From a virus: a stretch of 64,000 nt of DNA. The notes beneath the pieces were generated by a model. It saw nothing but the letters and a program-made list of their open reading frames with translations. It ran no database searches and had not been told where the DNA came from. Positions 8,650 to 19,143 of this stretch are shown here, one piece after another (the first letter of the stretch is position 1; each line of letters starts with the position of its first letter). The translations under genes were made by a program, and so were the position numbers. The stretch is from IMG/VR virus record IMGVR_UViG_3300032116_000062, positions 1 through 64,000 of that record; one strand, given 5' to 3'.

Positions 8650-10353
8650 ATGATACAATTAGGATTATCAGGATTCTACCACGATTCCGCCGCAGCATTG
8701 GTTATAGATGGAAAAGTAATAGCAGCAATAGAAGAAGAGAAACTATCGGGTATAAAGCACGATAGTTCTTTTCCGTTTAAAGCAATTCAATGGGTTTTGG
8801 AATATGCGCAAGTTACAATTGATGAAGTTGATATGGTTTGTTGGTATGAGGTTCCTGAAATAAAATTTAATCGAGTATATAAATCTTTATTTGGTGATTG
8901 GAAGGATTTTTTATTAGGAAAAGGTAGAAGAAATCGATTTATCAAAAGATGGAATTCAAATGAAGGTAATATAAAGGGTATATTGAATTCTATTGGTTAT
9001 GAGGGCGTTGTTGTTTATACAAAGCACCATCTATCTCATTTGGCTTTTTCTTATTACACATCCCCATTTAATGATGCTATAGGGTTATCCGTTGATGCGG
9101 TGGGTGAAGATGAAACTCTTTTAGCCTGTTATATTAGAGATAATAATTTTCATAAAATTACAAATTTAAAATTTCCAAATTCATTAGGATTGGTATATTC
9201 CGCATTAACCGCATATTTAGGATTCAAACCAAATGAAGGTGAATATAAAGTTATGGGATTGGCTCCATACGGAGATAAAAAGAAATACGAATATGTATTT
9301 GATAAAATAACATTTTATGATAGAGTGTTAGATTTAATAAACATAAATCAAAAATATTTTACATATCAAACATCAGAAGTCGATATGTTTAATTCTAAAC
9401 TTATAGAATTAATTGGATTTCTTCCCAGATTTAAAGATGAACCGATAGAACAGCATCATAAGGATTTGGCAGCTGCACTTCAGAGTTGGTACGAATCTCA
9501 ATTTTATTTTATATTAAATAGAGTAAATAGTAATTGGAATAGTGATAATTTAGTGTTGGCTGGTGGTTGTGCATATAATGGTACGGCTAATGGTAAAATA
9601 AAACACCACACTACTTTCAAAAATGTTTGGATTCCATTCGCACCATCCGATGCCGGATCTGCAATAGGATCGTGTTTATATCATTGGCATATAACATTGG
9701 GCAATCCAAAAGTAGTTGGGGGAGATAATCAAACACCATTTACAGGTCCGGAATATACGGAAGAAGAAATATTAAACGCACTCGGAAAGGTTTCGGATTT
9801 AAATATAATAATCATGAAGGATGAATCGGAGTTACGTTCATCTGTTGCAAAGTTAATAAAAGATGGTAATATCATTGGGTGGTTTAGAGGTAGGACTGAA
9901 TTTGGTGCGAGGGCATTGGGAAATCGTTCTATTTTAGGAAATCCACATCTTCCAGATATTAGAGATAGAATTAATAAGGTTGTCAAAAAGAGAGAAATGT
10001 TTAGACCATTTGCACCATCGGTAACACATGAGGATTATAAAAAATATTTCAAATCCGAAGAGGATGTTCCATATATGAATCAAGTTGTGCAAGTTATTTC
10101 ACAAACACCGATTCCATCGGTAACACACGTTGATAATTCGGCAAGAATACAGACGGTCAAAAGAGAGCAGAATCCACTATATTATGATTTATTAAAAGAA
10201 TTTGAAAAGATAACAGGAACACCAATCCTATTAAACACATCATTTAATTTAAAGGATTATACTATGGTAAATTCTCCTGAACAAGCCATATGGACATTTA
10301 AAAATTCTGATATGGATTATTTGGTATTGGGTAACTTTTTGATTAGTAAATAA
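8650..10353 (+). CDS. carbamoyltransferase (NodU/CmcH/TobZ family)
   Basis: HDSAAAL, HHLSH, EYKVMGLAPYG, GGCAYN, EFGARALGNRSIL, FRPFAP and LLNTSFN motifs. Confidence 0.95.
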   Translation: MIQLGLSGFYHDSAAALVIDGKVIAAIEEEKLSGIKHDSSFPFKAIQWVLEYAQVTIDEVDMVCWYEVPEIKFNRVYKSLFGDWKDFLLGKGRRNRFIKRWNSNEGNIKGILNSIGYEGVVVYTKHHLSHLAFSYYTSPFNDAIGLSVDAVGEDETLLACYIRDNNFHKITNLKFPNSLGLVYSALTAYLGFKPNEGEYKVMGLAPYGDKKKYEYVFDKITFYDRVLDLININQKYFTYQTSEVDMFNSKLIELIGFLPRFKDEPIEQHHKDLAAALQSWYESQFYFILNRVNSNWNSDNLVLAGGCAYNGTANGKIKHHTTFKNVWIPFAPSDAGSAIGSCLYHWHITLGNPKVVGGDNQTPFTGPEYTEEEILNALGKVSDLNIIIMKDESELRSSVAKLIKDGNIIGWFRGRTEFGARALGNRSILGNPHLPDIRDRINKVVKKREMFRPFAPSVTHEDYKKYFKSEEDVPYMNQVVQVISQTPIPSVTHVDNSARIQTVKREQNPLYYDLLKEFEKITGTPILLNTSFNLKDYTMVNSPEQAIWTFKNSDMDYLVLGNFLISK

Positions 10354-10377
10354 TTATTAGTATAAATAATAAATTTT

Positions 10378-10782
10378 ATGAGTACTGAATTTCAGTTATT
10401 TGATGGTAAAAATTTATCCTCTTTATTCAGAGATATATACGAAAACCAACAGAATAAAAAGAAAAATATTTCCGATTTGATTGAATCACTTCGTAAATTA
10501 ATTAAGAACGTTGGTGAAGCAACTGTCATTGCTCCTATAATAAAAGACCTTATCGAAGTATCGGTTAAGAACGATGAACACTTAATTAAGATGGCTACTA
10601 TTGCTCAAAGACTTGCTGCAGCAGAGGCTAAGGGAATTGGTGAAGATGGTTGGTTGAGTGAAAATGAAAAAGCACAATTGTTAAACGATTTGGAAGATAG
10701 TGTAAATGAATTGGAGAAATCAACAAAAGAAAAGTTGACAGATATTGAAATAGAGATAGAAGAAATAAAAACAAAATCATAA
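10378..10782 (+). CDS. hypothetical helical protein
   Basis: ORF at the head of the structural block; coiled-coil character. Confidence 0.6.
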   Translation: MSTEFQLFDGKNLSSLFRDIYENQQNKKKNISDLIESLRKLIKNVGEATVIAPIIKDLIEVSVKNDEHLIKMATIAQRLAAAEAKGIGEDGWLSENEKAQLLNDLEDSVNELEKSTKEKLTDIEIEIEEIKTKS

Positions 10783-11996
10783 TGGAAGCATTTTTAGCAA
10801 CGGTTAAAAAAGTATATTTAACTGAAGATGATTTTAAAGAATTGGATACTGAAAACGATTTTGTTAAGTATTACAATAATAATAAAAACTTTTTCGGCAA
10901 AGATGCTAGATTTTTGGGTGCAATTGAATTTGCAAGGGATATTCCGTATAAAATAGAAAACTATGCATTTCCATTTGATAAAAATAATATGACCTTCCCG
11001 ATTGTGGGTGAAACCGTTTTTATATTAGTAAATAATAGGGAATATTATTGGATGCCATTTGCAAATGTTCAATATCCAAATTATAGAGAAGATTATAAAA
11101 TTTCCGAAGCTTCAAAAGAAAAGAGTATAGAAAATTTAGATAATTCATCAAAAAATCAACAATACAAAGAAAATAAATCAACAGGAACACCAAACAATAA
11201 ACCAAATCTGACGGAATCAAAAAAGAAAAGTTATGAAGTAAAAGAAAAAGTAAAATTCTTAAAACCAAAAGAGGGAGATACGATTATAAGTGGTAGAGTT
11301 GGAAATACCATTAGATTTTCAGAGTTTTTTTTAACTTCGGATGGCAAAACATCTTCACCATCAATAATAATACGAAATAAACAAAACCCAGAATTTGATA
11401 ATAAGAAAATTGGTGAATTAGTAGAAGAAGATATTAATAAAGATGGTACATCCGTTTATATAACATCCGGTAAGGTGAAAATACCATTCAAAGAAACTAT
11501 TAAAAAACAAAAAGTAGGTTTTAAAAATTATCCAAATTCAAAAGATTTTGAAGGTGATCAATTGTTTGTAAACTCTGATAGGGTATTAATATCAGCAAAA
11601 GCCTATGAATGTATTATATACGGAAAGACGAATACAGGAATAATAACGGATGGAAACTTTTCTGTTGATGCAGAAAAGGAAGTGTATATTCACTCTAATA
11701 ATAAAATAACAATACATTCGGCTGGAAATAATCAAATATTTTTAAATTCAGAGAATGGCAAAATATATTTAGGAAAAAATAAAGGAGAAGGAAATGAAGG
11801 TGCGGATGTTCAGAAGATGGTATTGGGTGGTGAACTTGTAGCAATAATGAAAGAATTAATTGATGCAATAAATCAACAACAATATTTAACTCCATCAGGA
11901 CCATCTGCAACAGGTCCTGTTAATAGAGCAACGTTTACATCTATAAAAAATAAATTAAACAAACTCTTATCGAGTACAAACTTTGTATCTAAATAA
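10782..11996 (+). CDS. baseplate hub/central spike protein (gp5-like)
   Basis: PIVGETV OB-fold segment, EGDTIISGRVGNTIRF, beta-repeat region, C-terminal TPSGPS; upstream of gp25/gp6 homologs. Confidence 0.6.
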   Translation: MEAFLATVKKVYLTEDDFKELDTENDFVKYYNNNKNFFGKDARFLGAIEFARDIPYKIENYAFPFDKNNMTFPIVGETVFILVNNREYYWMPFANVQYPNYREDYKISEASKEKSIENLDNSSKNQQYKENKSTGTPNNKPNLTESKKKSYEVKEKVKFLKPKEGDTIISGRVGNTIRFSEFFLTSDGKTSSPSIIIRNKQNPEFDNKKIGELVEEDINKDGTSVYITSGKVKIPFKETIKKQKVGFKNYPNSKDFEGDQLFVNSDRVLISAKAYECIIYGKTNTGIITDGNFSVDAEKEVYIHSNNKITIHSAGNNQIFLNSENGKIYLGKNKGEGNEGADVQKMVLGGELVAIMKELIDAINQQQYLTPSGPSATGPVNRATFTSIKNKLNKLLSSTNFVSK

Positions 11997-12544
11997 TGTC
12001 ATGGAGTGCATTTAAATCTACTTTACTACCGGCCATGCAATCTAATTTGTTTGGTAATAATATTGATGGATTTGCCAAAACATTTACCACATCATACGAT
12101 ATTGCAATAAAAGGTGGAAAGGAAACCATAAATCCTATACCATTATTAAAAGGTAATACATCTGCTATGGAGGCACAATTGGCTTCCCTTTTGAGACAAA
12201 CTCAAATGTCAAAATCAACAACATTATTGGATATAATCGGACCGGCAATAATATCATATTGGGCAGGCGGTACAATGGCACCTATACCACCATTAATACC
12301 TGCGCCCGGAGCGATTGCAAATATAGTATTGACTCAGGGAACGGTACTTAATCCTGGTACATGGAGTCCGATACCCGTTCCACCCAATAATGACTCTTCT
12401 GTATTTTTAAATGCGTTTATAACAGCTGCAAAGATACATTTATCAACTGTTAGTGGTTTATATGTTGTGTTAGCACAATACCCACCACCTGCACCCCCTG
12501 CCCCAGGGGTTTTGCCATGGACGGGGTATATTGTACCTGATTAA
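11996..12544 (+). CDS. putative virion structural protein (Pro-rich)
   Basis: coupled to the spike gene; Pro-rich, ends PWTGY. Confidence 0.5.
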   Translation: MSWSAFKSTLLPAMQSNLFGNNIDGFAKTFTTSYDIAIKGGKETINPIPLLKGNTSAMEAQLASLLRQTQMSKSTTLLDIIGPAIISYWAGGTMAPIPPLIPAPGAIANIVLTQGTVLNPGTWSPIPVPPNNDSSVFLNAFITAAKIHLSTVSGLYVVLAQYPPPAPPAPGVLPWTGYIVPD

Positions 12545-12557
12545 ATTTTAACTTTCA

Positions 12558-12565
12558 ATATTTAT
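12558..12565 (+). promoter_or_regulatory. putative phage late promoter ATATTTAT
   Basis: same octamer in intergenic gaps at 3419, 19127, 24576, 26575, 27612, 32611 and 63932, and on the - strand at 3305 and 32584. Confidence 0.6.
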
Positions 12566-12580
12566 ATAAAAACAATTATT

Positions 12581-13090
12581 ATGGATTCAAAATTATTAGT
12601 CGGATTGATTAAAGAAGTTGTTCAACGTGAAGTTAAGCAACAGGTCAAAGAAGAACTGGCGAAGTTAATTAAATCCGGTGCGGTTACATTAAACAAAGAA
12701 AGAAAGCAGCCATCATTAATGGAAATGACGGAAGTTAATAAAACTGCACCGATTAAAACACAGACAGTTACTACGCAAATAAAAAGACCTCAACAAACAA
12801 AGGAATTTACAAAAAATCCTATTTTGAATGAGGTTTTAAATATGACACAACCATTCACTGCACAACAAAGAGCAGAAGGTTCTATGCCAGGAGTTAGTGG
12901 TGGTAGTAGTGTTTTAGATATGATACAGCCACAAATGAGTGTAGAGGAAGATTGGCAAACTATGGATTTTAGAGATATAAACGTACCATCGGATACTCCA
13001 AGCTTTGAAACAACAGGCGATGGACTCCAAGATGCAACAATTAAAGCATTGACAAGAGATTATTCTGAATTAGTAAAGAGATTTAAATAA
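12581..13090 (+). CDS. hypothetical protein in baseplate module
   Basis: ORF; N-terminal helix IKEVVQREVK and C-terminal ALTRDYSEL. Confidence 0.6.
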   Translation: MDSKLLVGLIKEVVQREVKQQVKEELAKLIKSGAVTLNKERKQPSLMEMTEVNKTAPIKTQTVTTQIKRPQQTKEFTKNPILNEVLNMTQPFTAQQRAEGSMPGVSGGSSVLDMIQPQMSVEEDWQTMDFRDINVPSDTPSFETTGDGLQDATIKALTRDYSELVKRFK

Positions 13091-13527
13091 TGGCAATAGA
13101 ATTAGGTAAAGTAAATGTAAGCGATTTAACCGAAAATGGTTATAAAAAAATCGGAATTGGAATAAATACAACACCAAATACCGATGGTATATTCGCAACA
13201 AATTACACTACTTTATCACAAGCGAAGGATAATATTAAAAATTTATTATTAACGCAAAAGGGTGAACGTTTAATGCAGCCTGATTTTGGTTGTGATATAT
13301 GGAGAGTGATATTTGAACAATCGGTAGATGGTGAAATCGATATTGCTATAGAAAATTCAATTATAGATGCTGTAAATACATGGTTACCATATTTAAATAT
13401 AAATCAAATTATAATTGATAGTGATGATGATAGTAAAGATAGTAATAGAATTGGTTTAGAAATCAATTTTTCATTAACATCAAATCCAAATTTGAAAGAT
13501 TCGGTAAAAATTGTATTAAATAATTAA
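13090..13527 (+). CDS. baseplate wedge subunit, gp25/GPW-like
   Basis: NLLLTQKGERLMQPDFGC and WLPY signatures. Confidence 0.9.
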   Translation: MAIELGKVNVSDLTENGYKKIGIGINTTPNTDGIFATNYTTLSQAKDNIKNLLLTQKGERLMQPDFGCDIWRVIFEQSVDGEIDIAIENSIIDAVNTWLPYLNINQIIIDSDDDSKDSNRIGLEINFSLTSNPNLKDSVKIVLNN

Positions 13528-13530
13528 TAA

Positions 13531-15555
13531 ATGGCAATTAAAAGTGTAAAAAAATCTTGGGGAGCAAATAAAGACATAAATTATGTCGGAAAGGATTTTG
13601 AATCGTTAAAACAAAATTTAATAGATTATACAAAAACCTATTTCCCAAATACATATTCGGATTTTAATGAAGCATCTCCGGGTATGGTTTTCATAGAACA
13701 GGCTGCAGCAATAGGTGATGTATTATCTTTTTATCAAGATACACAACTAAAAGAATCAATGCTTGCATATGCAACGGAGCGTAAAAATGTTATGGCATTG
13801 GCACAGGCAATGGGGTACAAACCAAAAGTAACAACACCTGCAGTTACGACTCTAACGGTCTACCAATTAGTTCCATCAAAGGGTGCACCAAATTATGAAC
13901 CCGATGAATCTTTTTATTTTAAAATTAGTGAGGGGATGCAAGTTGCATCAACCACAAATTCAAACGTAGTATTTAGAACAAACGATGTTGTAGATTTTGC
14001 AAATGAAACTAATAGAGAAATATCCGTTCACGAAAGAGATGGTACAACAGGATCTCCGACTTTTTATTTGATAACAAAAAAAGTAAAGGCCATTTCTGCT
14101 AGAGAAATTTCAACTACAATAAACGTTCCAGCTGGTGATTTAGATTATCCATCGGTAAATATATCGGATAATAATATAATTGAGATAGTATCAATAACCG
14201 ATGAAAATAACAACAAATATTATGAAGTACCTTATTTGGCACAAGAAAGTATTTTTGTTGAAAAACCAAATACGGATGTAAATAGTAGTTTGTATGAGTA
14301 TTCAAATGTTGTTCCTTATGTTTTAGAAGTTCAGAAAGTACCAAGAAGATTTTCGGTATTAATAAATTCGGATAACACAACTACTATACAATTTGGAAGT
14401 GGTGATGTTAACATGAATGATGAAATTATATTACCTAATTCAAAAAATTTAGGTTTAGGTTTGGCAAATTCAATAAAGAGAGTTAATGTTGCAATAGATC
14501 CTTCTAATTTTTTAAAAACAAATACATTTGGAATAGCCCCTGCAGGGAAAACTTTGACTGTTAAATATTTAGTTGGAGGTGGGGTAGAATCAAACGTAAA
14601 TCAGGGTGATTTAACAACTATAAATAGAATAGAGTTTGATGAAGATTTATTATCTATAAGTGAATCGAATTTACCATTGTATCAGACAATGAAAAATTCA
14701 ATTGCAATTGAAAATGAAGAGTCGGCAACTGGTGGTAGAGGATCAGAATCGATTGAAGAGATTAGGCAAAATGCACTTGCTACGTTTGGTTCTCAAAACA
14801 GAGCTGTTACTCGAGAAGATTATGTTGTTAGAGCTTTATCTATGCCAGAACGATACGGTAGTGTTGCAAAAGTTTATGTAAGTCCTGATGGTGAAATCGA
14901 TAATAATTCGCCTGCATCTATACTGGCATCTCCAAAAAATATAGCAGAATTTGTTGGTGTTGTTGAGGGATTAAAAGATAAATCTACAAATGAAATACAA
15001 AAAGAATTGGTTAAATATCTTTCACAAAAAAAGAAATCAATTTCAGAAGTAAATAATCCATTTGCTATAAACATGTATGTTTTGGGATTTGATTCTAATA
15101 AAAAATTAACAAACTTAAATCAGGCAGTAAAGGAAAACTTAAAAACATATATTGGAGAATATAGAATGTTGACAGATGCGGTAAATATAATTGATGGATT
15201 TGTGGTCAATATTGGTTGTGATTTTGAAATAATAACTTATTCTGAATATAATAAAACAGAAGTGTTAACAAAGTGTATTACAGAATTGCAAGATTATTTT
15301 AATATAGATAACTGGACATTTAATAAACCAATAAACATTTCGGAAATAGAGTTAATTATTGCAAATGTTGAGGGTGTTATGAGTGTACCTTCTGTTAAAA
15401 TATATAATTTATGTGCAAGTGATAATGGAAATTATTCACCGAATAGGTACAATATAGCAGAAGCAACGCAGGGAAAGATTGTATATCCATCTTTAGATCC
15501 TTGTGTATTTGAAGTTAAATATCCTAATAAAGATATAAAAGGGAGGGCCTTATAA
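13531..15555 (+). CDS. baseplate wedge protein, T4 gp6/baseplate J-like
   Basis: DFESLKQNL..Y, YSDFNEASPG, IQFGSG, GGRGSESIEEIR and QNRAVTREDY motifs. Confidence 0.9.
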   Translation: MAIKSVKKSWGANKDINYVGKDFESLKQNLIDYTKTYFPNTYSDFNEASPGMVFIEQAAAIGDVLSFYQDTQLKESMLAYATERKNVMALAQAMGYKPKVTTPAVTTLTVYQLVPSKGAPNYEPDESFYFKISEGMQVASTTNSNVVFRTNDVVDFANETNREISVHERDGTTGSPTFYLITKKVKAISAREISTTINVPAGDLDYPSVNISDNNIIEIVSITDENNNKYYEVPYLAQESIFVEKPNTDVNSSLYEYSNVVPYVLEVQKVPRRFSVLINSDNTTTIQFGSGDVNMNDEIILPNSKNLGLGLANSIKRVNVAIDPSNFLKTNTFGIAPAGKTLTVKYLVGGGVESNVNQGDLTTINRIEFDEDLLSISESNLPLYQTMKNSIAIENEESATGGRGSESIEEIRQNALATFGSQNRAVTREDYVVRALSMPERYGSVAKVYVSPDGEIDNNSPASILASPKNIAEFVGVVEGLKDKSTNEIQKELVKYLSQKKKSISEVNNPFAINMYVLGFDSNKKLTNLNQAVKENLKTYIGEYRMLTDAVNIIDGFVVNIGCDFEIITYSEYNKTEVLTKCITELQDYFNIDNWTFNKPINISEIELIIANVEGVMSVPSVKIYNLCASDNGNYSPNRYNIAEATQGKIVYPSLDPCVFEVKYPNKDIKGRAL

Positions 15556-16649
15556 TGCATAAACTATTTTCATCATCATACGATGCCAGTATCTACCTTC
15601 AACAACCTGATCAAAACACAGGCAGGGATGAATTATTAGAAGTTGGAAAGTTATACTATTCATCGGTAAAAGATATTGCAAGAAGTTTAGTAAAATTTAA
15701 TATCAATCCTATTTCCAGTTCTTTGCATGATAATAATGTAACAGGGAGTTGGAAATGCTTTTTAAATTTAAAAACCGTTGCCGCTGAAGAAATTCCATTG
15801 GAGTATACATTATATGCAAATGCAGTTTCTCAAAGTTGGACAATGGGAACAGGAACCAAATTTGATAACGTAACAACCGATGGTATAAGTTGGAAATATC
15901 GAAATGGATTGGATAAGTGGCAAGATAATACAATAGGTGGTACTGCTACTTATATTGCCGGAACTACCGGATCTGCAAATGCAGAGGGTGGAACGTGGTA
16001 TACAGCATCGGAAGCTTCTCAATCTTTTAATTACGAATCATCCGATTTAAGAATGGATGTAACAGGTATAGTTAATCTCTGGATTAGTGGTACATTACCT
16101 AACAATGGTTTTATTATACACCATAGTTTGGATAATGAGTATAATAATTCTTTGGATTATGGTATGATAAAATTTTTCTCTAAAGAAACAAGTACAATAT
16201 ACGAACCGAAATTAGAACTAGTTTGGAACGATGTATCCTATGTAACAACCGGTCTTTCAAAAGTAACAGGAAGTTTATACGATAATGATTATAAAGTTGT
16301 TTTGACAAATTTCAAAACAAAATATCCAAAAGATAGTGTTGTTAAAGTTAGATTGAAAGGTAGAGATATGTATCCCTTAAAATCATTTGGATCATCATTT
16401 GCATATGATCAGGTAAAGCATTTACCAACAGGATCAACTTACTATCAATTGGAAGATTATATAACAAAAGAAGTAATAGTTCCATTCGGTGAATATTCAA
16501 AAGTTAGTTGTGATACATCTGGAAATTATTTTAAAATGGATTTATCAACACTACCAATATCGCGAAATTATTTAGTAAAAATAAAAGTTGTAGAAGATGG
16601 AATATCTACAATAATTGATGATAAATTTATGTTTGAAATTGTAGAATAA
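15555..16649 (+). CDS. virion structural protein (DNRLRE-like beta-sandwich)
   Basis: DASIY...NTGRDELLEV, RSLVKF, NNGFII, FFSKET...PKLEL pattern; follows gp6. Confidence 0.55.
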   Translation: MHKLFSSSYDASIYLQQPDQNTGRDELLEVGKLYYSSVKDIARSLVKFNINPISSSLHDNNVTGSWKCFLNLKTVAAEEIPLEYTLYANAVSQSWTMGTGTKFDNVTTDGISWKYRNGLDKWQDNTIGGTATYIAGTTGSANAEGGTWYTASEASQSFNYESSDLRMDVTGIVNLWISGTLPNNGFIIHHSLDNEYNNSLDYGMIKFFSKETSTIYEPKLELVWNDVSYVTTGLSKVTGSLYDNDYKVVLTNFKTKYPKDSVVKVRLKGRDMYPLKSFGSSFAYDQVKHLPTGSTYYQLEDYITKEVIVPFGEYSKVSCDTSGNYFKMDLSTLPISRNYLVKIKVVEDGISTIIDDKFMFEIVE

Positions 16650-17818
16650 TGGCAGGAGAATTAACATCATTAGAAGCAATTGCTCAAAAACTAGAAGAAA
16701 AAAGAAAGCAAGATTTAGAAAATATTCTTGCAAGAGATGGTTCTGCTGCTTCTGTAAAAAACGAATATAATGTTACCAATGTTACGGAAGAAAATGTTGC
16801 ATCTTCTTTATTATTTAAATCTTTGGTAAAACCCAAATATGATAATGAAGAACTACTAAAAGCAGTTGATACCGAAGTCAAAGAATTAAAACCAAATATT
16901 CCAGTACCTAAAAAGGACTTAATTCCAAAACCACTATATGATGAACAATTAGTAATAAATGATGATTTAACGAAACAATTAAAAACAGCAACCGATCTAG
17001 TAGAAAAGTTACAGTCTGATATAGCAAATGTTAAATCTCAATTAGAAACTGAAATAAATAATAGATTATCGATAGAGCAATCTAACGATACTTTAGTAAA
17101 TCAATTGGATACATTGAGTAAAACGATTGATGATTTTGCTATTCAAATATCAACTGCGTTACAAAAATCAATAGAAGAATCAATTTTAAGAACATCCTTA
17201 CAAGCGCAAAATACAGGATTCAAAGCCCAAATAAAAGCATTAATTAAACAGATTGATACTCTCAATTCTATAATAGAAGGATTGCAAGCACAACTTGGAG
17301 CAGTACAACAACAGCAGGCAATTGTACAAGGAACACAAGCCGAAGCATTGGCTGCAGGTGCAGATGTTATCAACGATGTAGTAGTATCTAAATTAAAAAC
17401 AAAATCAAATCCAAATAGACCAGAAATTTTTGCTGTATTGAAGTCTGGTGGTGGTCATAAATGGATAAACGGACAAACGCTTATACTAACTAACAATGAT
17501 AAGAATCCTGTAGATGTAAATATAGTTGTAAATTTTAAAGGCGGCGTTCCTGCGTGGTTTAATTTTAATGAAAGTTCTTTTAGTTTACCGGCAAATGGTG
17601 GTACAAAAGAAATTGAATTAAGGGTCAATGAAGGTGCTGCGGCGGGATATGATTCCAAACCAAAGAGTGGTCCTTTTGGCGGCCATACCGGTTCCAGAGA
17701 CTATAATGGTAATGATTTAAAAGTTACTATAAAAAGAGTAGACGGAACAGAAAAATCAAAGTTTTATAAATTGGGAATGATAAAAGCACATCCAAAATCA
17801 TATCCAGAATATAACTAA
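16649..17818 (+). CDS. coiled-coil virion protein with C-terminal beta domain
   Basis: long heptad region followed by an Ig-like beta-rich C-terminus; structural module. Confidence 0.5.
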   Translation: MAGELTSLEAIAQKLEEKRKQDLENILARDGSAASVKNEYNVTNVTEENVASSLLFKSLVKPKYDNEELLKAVDTEVKELKPNIPVPKKDLIPKPLYDEQLVINDDLTKQLKTATDLVEKLQSDIANVKSQLETEINNRLSIEQSNDTLVNQLDTLSKTIDDFAIQISTALQKSIEESILRTSLQAQNTGFKAQIKALIKQIDTLNSIIEGLQAQLGAVQQQQAIVQGTQAEALAAGADVINDVVVSKLKTKSNPNRPEIFAVLKSGGGHKWINGQTLILTNNDKNPVDVNIVVNFKGGVPAWFNFNESSFSLPANGGTKEIELRVNEGAAAGYDSKPKSGPFGGHTGSRDYNGNDLKVTIKRVDGTEKSKFYKLGMIKAHPKSYPEYN

Positions 17819-17823
17819 AAATT

Positions 17824-19125
17824 ATGGGAATTAAAAAATACACAAACTTTGAAAGTATAAATCTTAAATCAGAAAACGAAGGAAAATTTCTGAATAAGGA
17901 AGATATTTTTATAGTTACAAAAAATGAAATCGAAGGAACTCAATTTGGTGAGTGTAAGTACGATGTTATGGAAGTTGCGGTTTATGATATAAATAATAAC
18001 TTACTTCCCCATGCATCCGGTAAAACGGTTGCGTACATAAAAAAGGGTGATATTAAAAATTATTTATATAATATAACAAATAAAACAGGCCTCAATGAAA
18101 TTGCAATTAATATAGAAAAATTATTAAAAGATATCGGATTTACAAATGGTATACTAAAAGTCAATATAAATTTTGTAAGAAACTCCGTTGGATCCGATGA
18201 TATATTAAATAGAGTTTGGATACAAGAAATATCACCCTCCAGAGAAGAAATCAGAATTATTCCATTAAAAACAAATAATGATAAAATATCCGAATTAAAT
18301 AAAAAAGAATTTTCAAATTTAAATAATTTAAACAAAGATTTTTCTTACTATAAGAAAACACTTTTAGATACACTAAATTCTTTTGAAAATAATTTCTTAA
18401 CAAAAGTGGATGATTATTTGGAATCGAAGTATGGCAAAGATTTTTTTAATATTCTTAAGAAAGATTTTGGATTAAGTAGATTTGATAATTTCAGAAAAAA
18501 AATATTTGATGATTTTAAAATATCCGTTAATTACTACCTTACAAATAAAAACTATAATATAAATCAACCCAATTTTGGAACACCATCCGAATTAAGATTC
18601 GAAGATTGTGAGAGATATAGTTTTTCAGATATACTAAAAGGTGTTGAGGATTCTTTATATAATTGTATAGAATTTAATTCTTCATTCTTGAAAAGAAGAA
18701 GTGTAAAAATAGAACCTATACCTGAAGAATTTAAGGTTGTGGAGTTAGAGAAGCAAATACAAAATTTAACAGATTCCTTTCCAACTCCGGTTGTAGAAAA
18801 AGTTAATATTTATAAACCATCGGAGGTTAATTTTAAATTTGATGATACAATACCAAAAAATTCACAAGATTTAATAATACTAGATCCAGACCCAATAAAT
18901 CCAAGATTGACTCCACCAACCGAAGATATTATCGCACCGCCACCGATGGCAGGGGATGAACCGGTGATACAGGATCCTGTACCGACTGTTGATCCAACTC
19001 CGATTATAGGCGGAGGTGGTGGACCGACCGGCGGCGGAGGTGGTGGAGGAATGGTTAGAGATGAATCAGGAGGAACAACAGGAGATTGGAATACGATTAA
19101 CCAACCAAAATTATTTATAGAATAA
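17824..19125 (+). CDS. putative baseplate/virion protein with Pro/Gly-rich tail
   Basis: IQEISPSREEIR motif; C-terminal Pro-rich and poly-Gly linker. Confidence 0.5.
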   Translation: MGIKKYTNFESINLKSENEGKFLNKEDIFIVTKNEIEGTQFGECKYDVMEVAVYDINNNLLPHASGKTVAYIKKGDIKNYLYNITNKTGLNEIAINIEKLLKDIGFTNGILKVNINFVRNSVGSDDILNRVWIQEISPSREEIRIIPLKTNNDKISELNKKEFSNLNNLNKDFSYYKKTLLDTLNSFENNFLTKVDDYLESKYGKDFFNILKKDFGLSRFDNFRKKIFDDFKISVNYYLTNKNYNINQPNFGTPSELRFEDCERYSFSDILKGVEDSLYNCIEFNSSFLKRRSVKIEPIPEEFKVVELEKQIQNLTDSFPTPVVEKVNIYKPSEVNFKFDDTIPKNSQDLIILDPDPINPRLTPPTEDIIAPPPMAGDEPVIQDPVPTVDPTPIIGGGGGPTGGGGGGGMVRDESGGTTGDWNTINQPKLFIE

Positions 19126-19126
19126 A

Positions 19127-19134
19127 ATATTTAT
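19127..19134 (+). promoter_or_regulatory. putative late promoter ATATTTAT
   Basis: octamer 9 nt upstream of the 19144 ATG. Confidence 0.6.
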
Positions 19135-19143
19135 ATAAAAAGA

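Noticed and set aside
10361-10368. Exact T4 late promoter TATAAATA before 10378
   Set aside because: Only sense-strand intergenic instance noticed, in very AT-rich DNA; the recurrent motif is ATATTTAT, and a variant (ATAATTAT, 10350-10357) is adjacent
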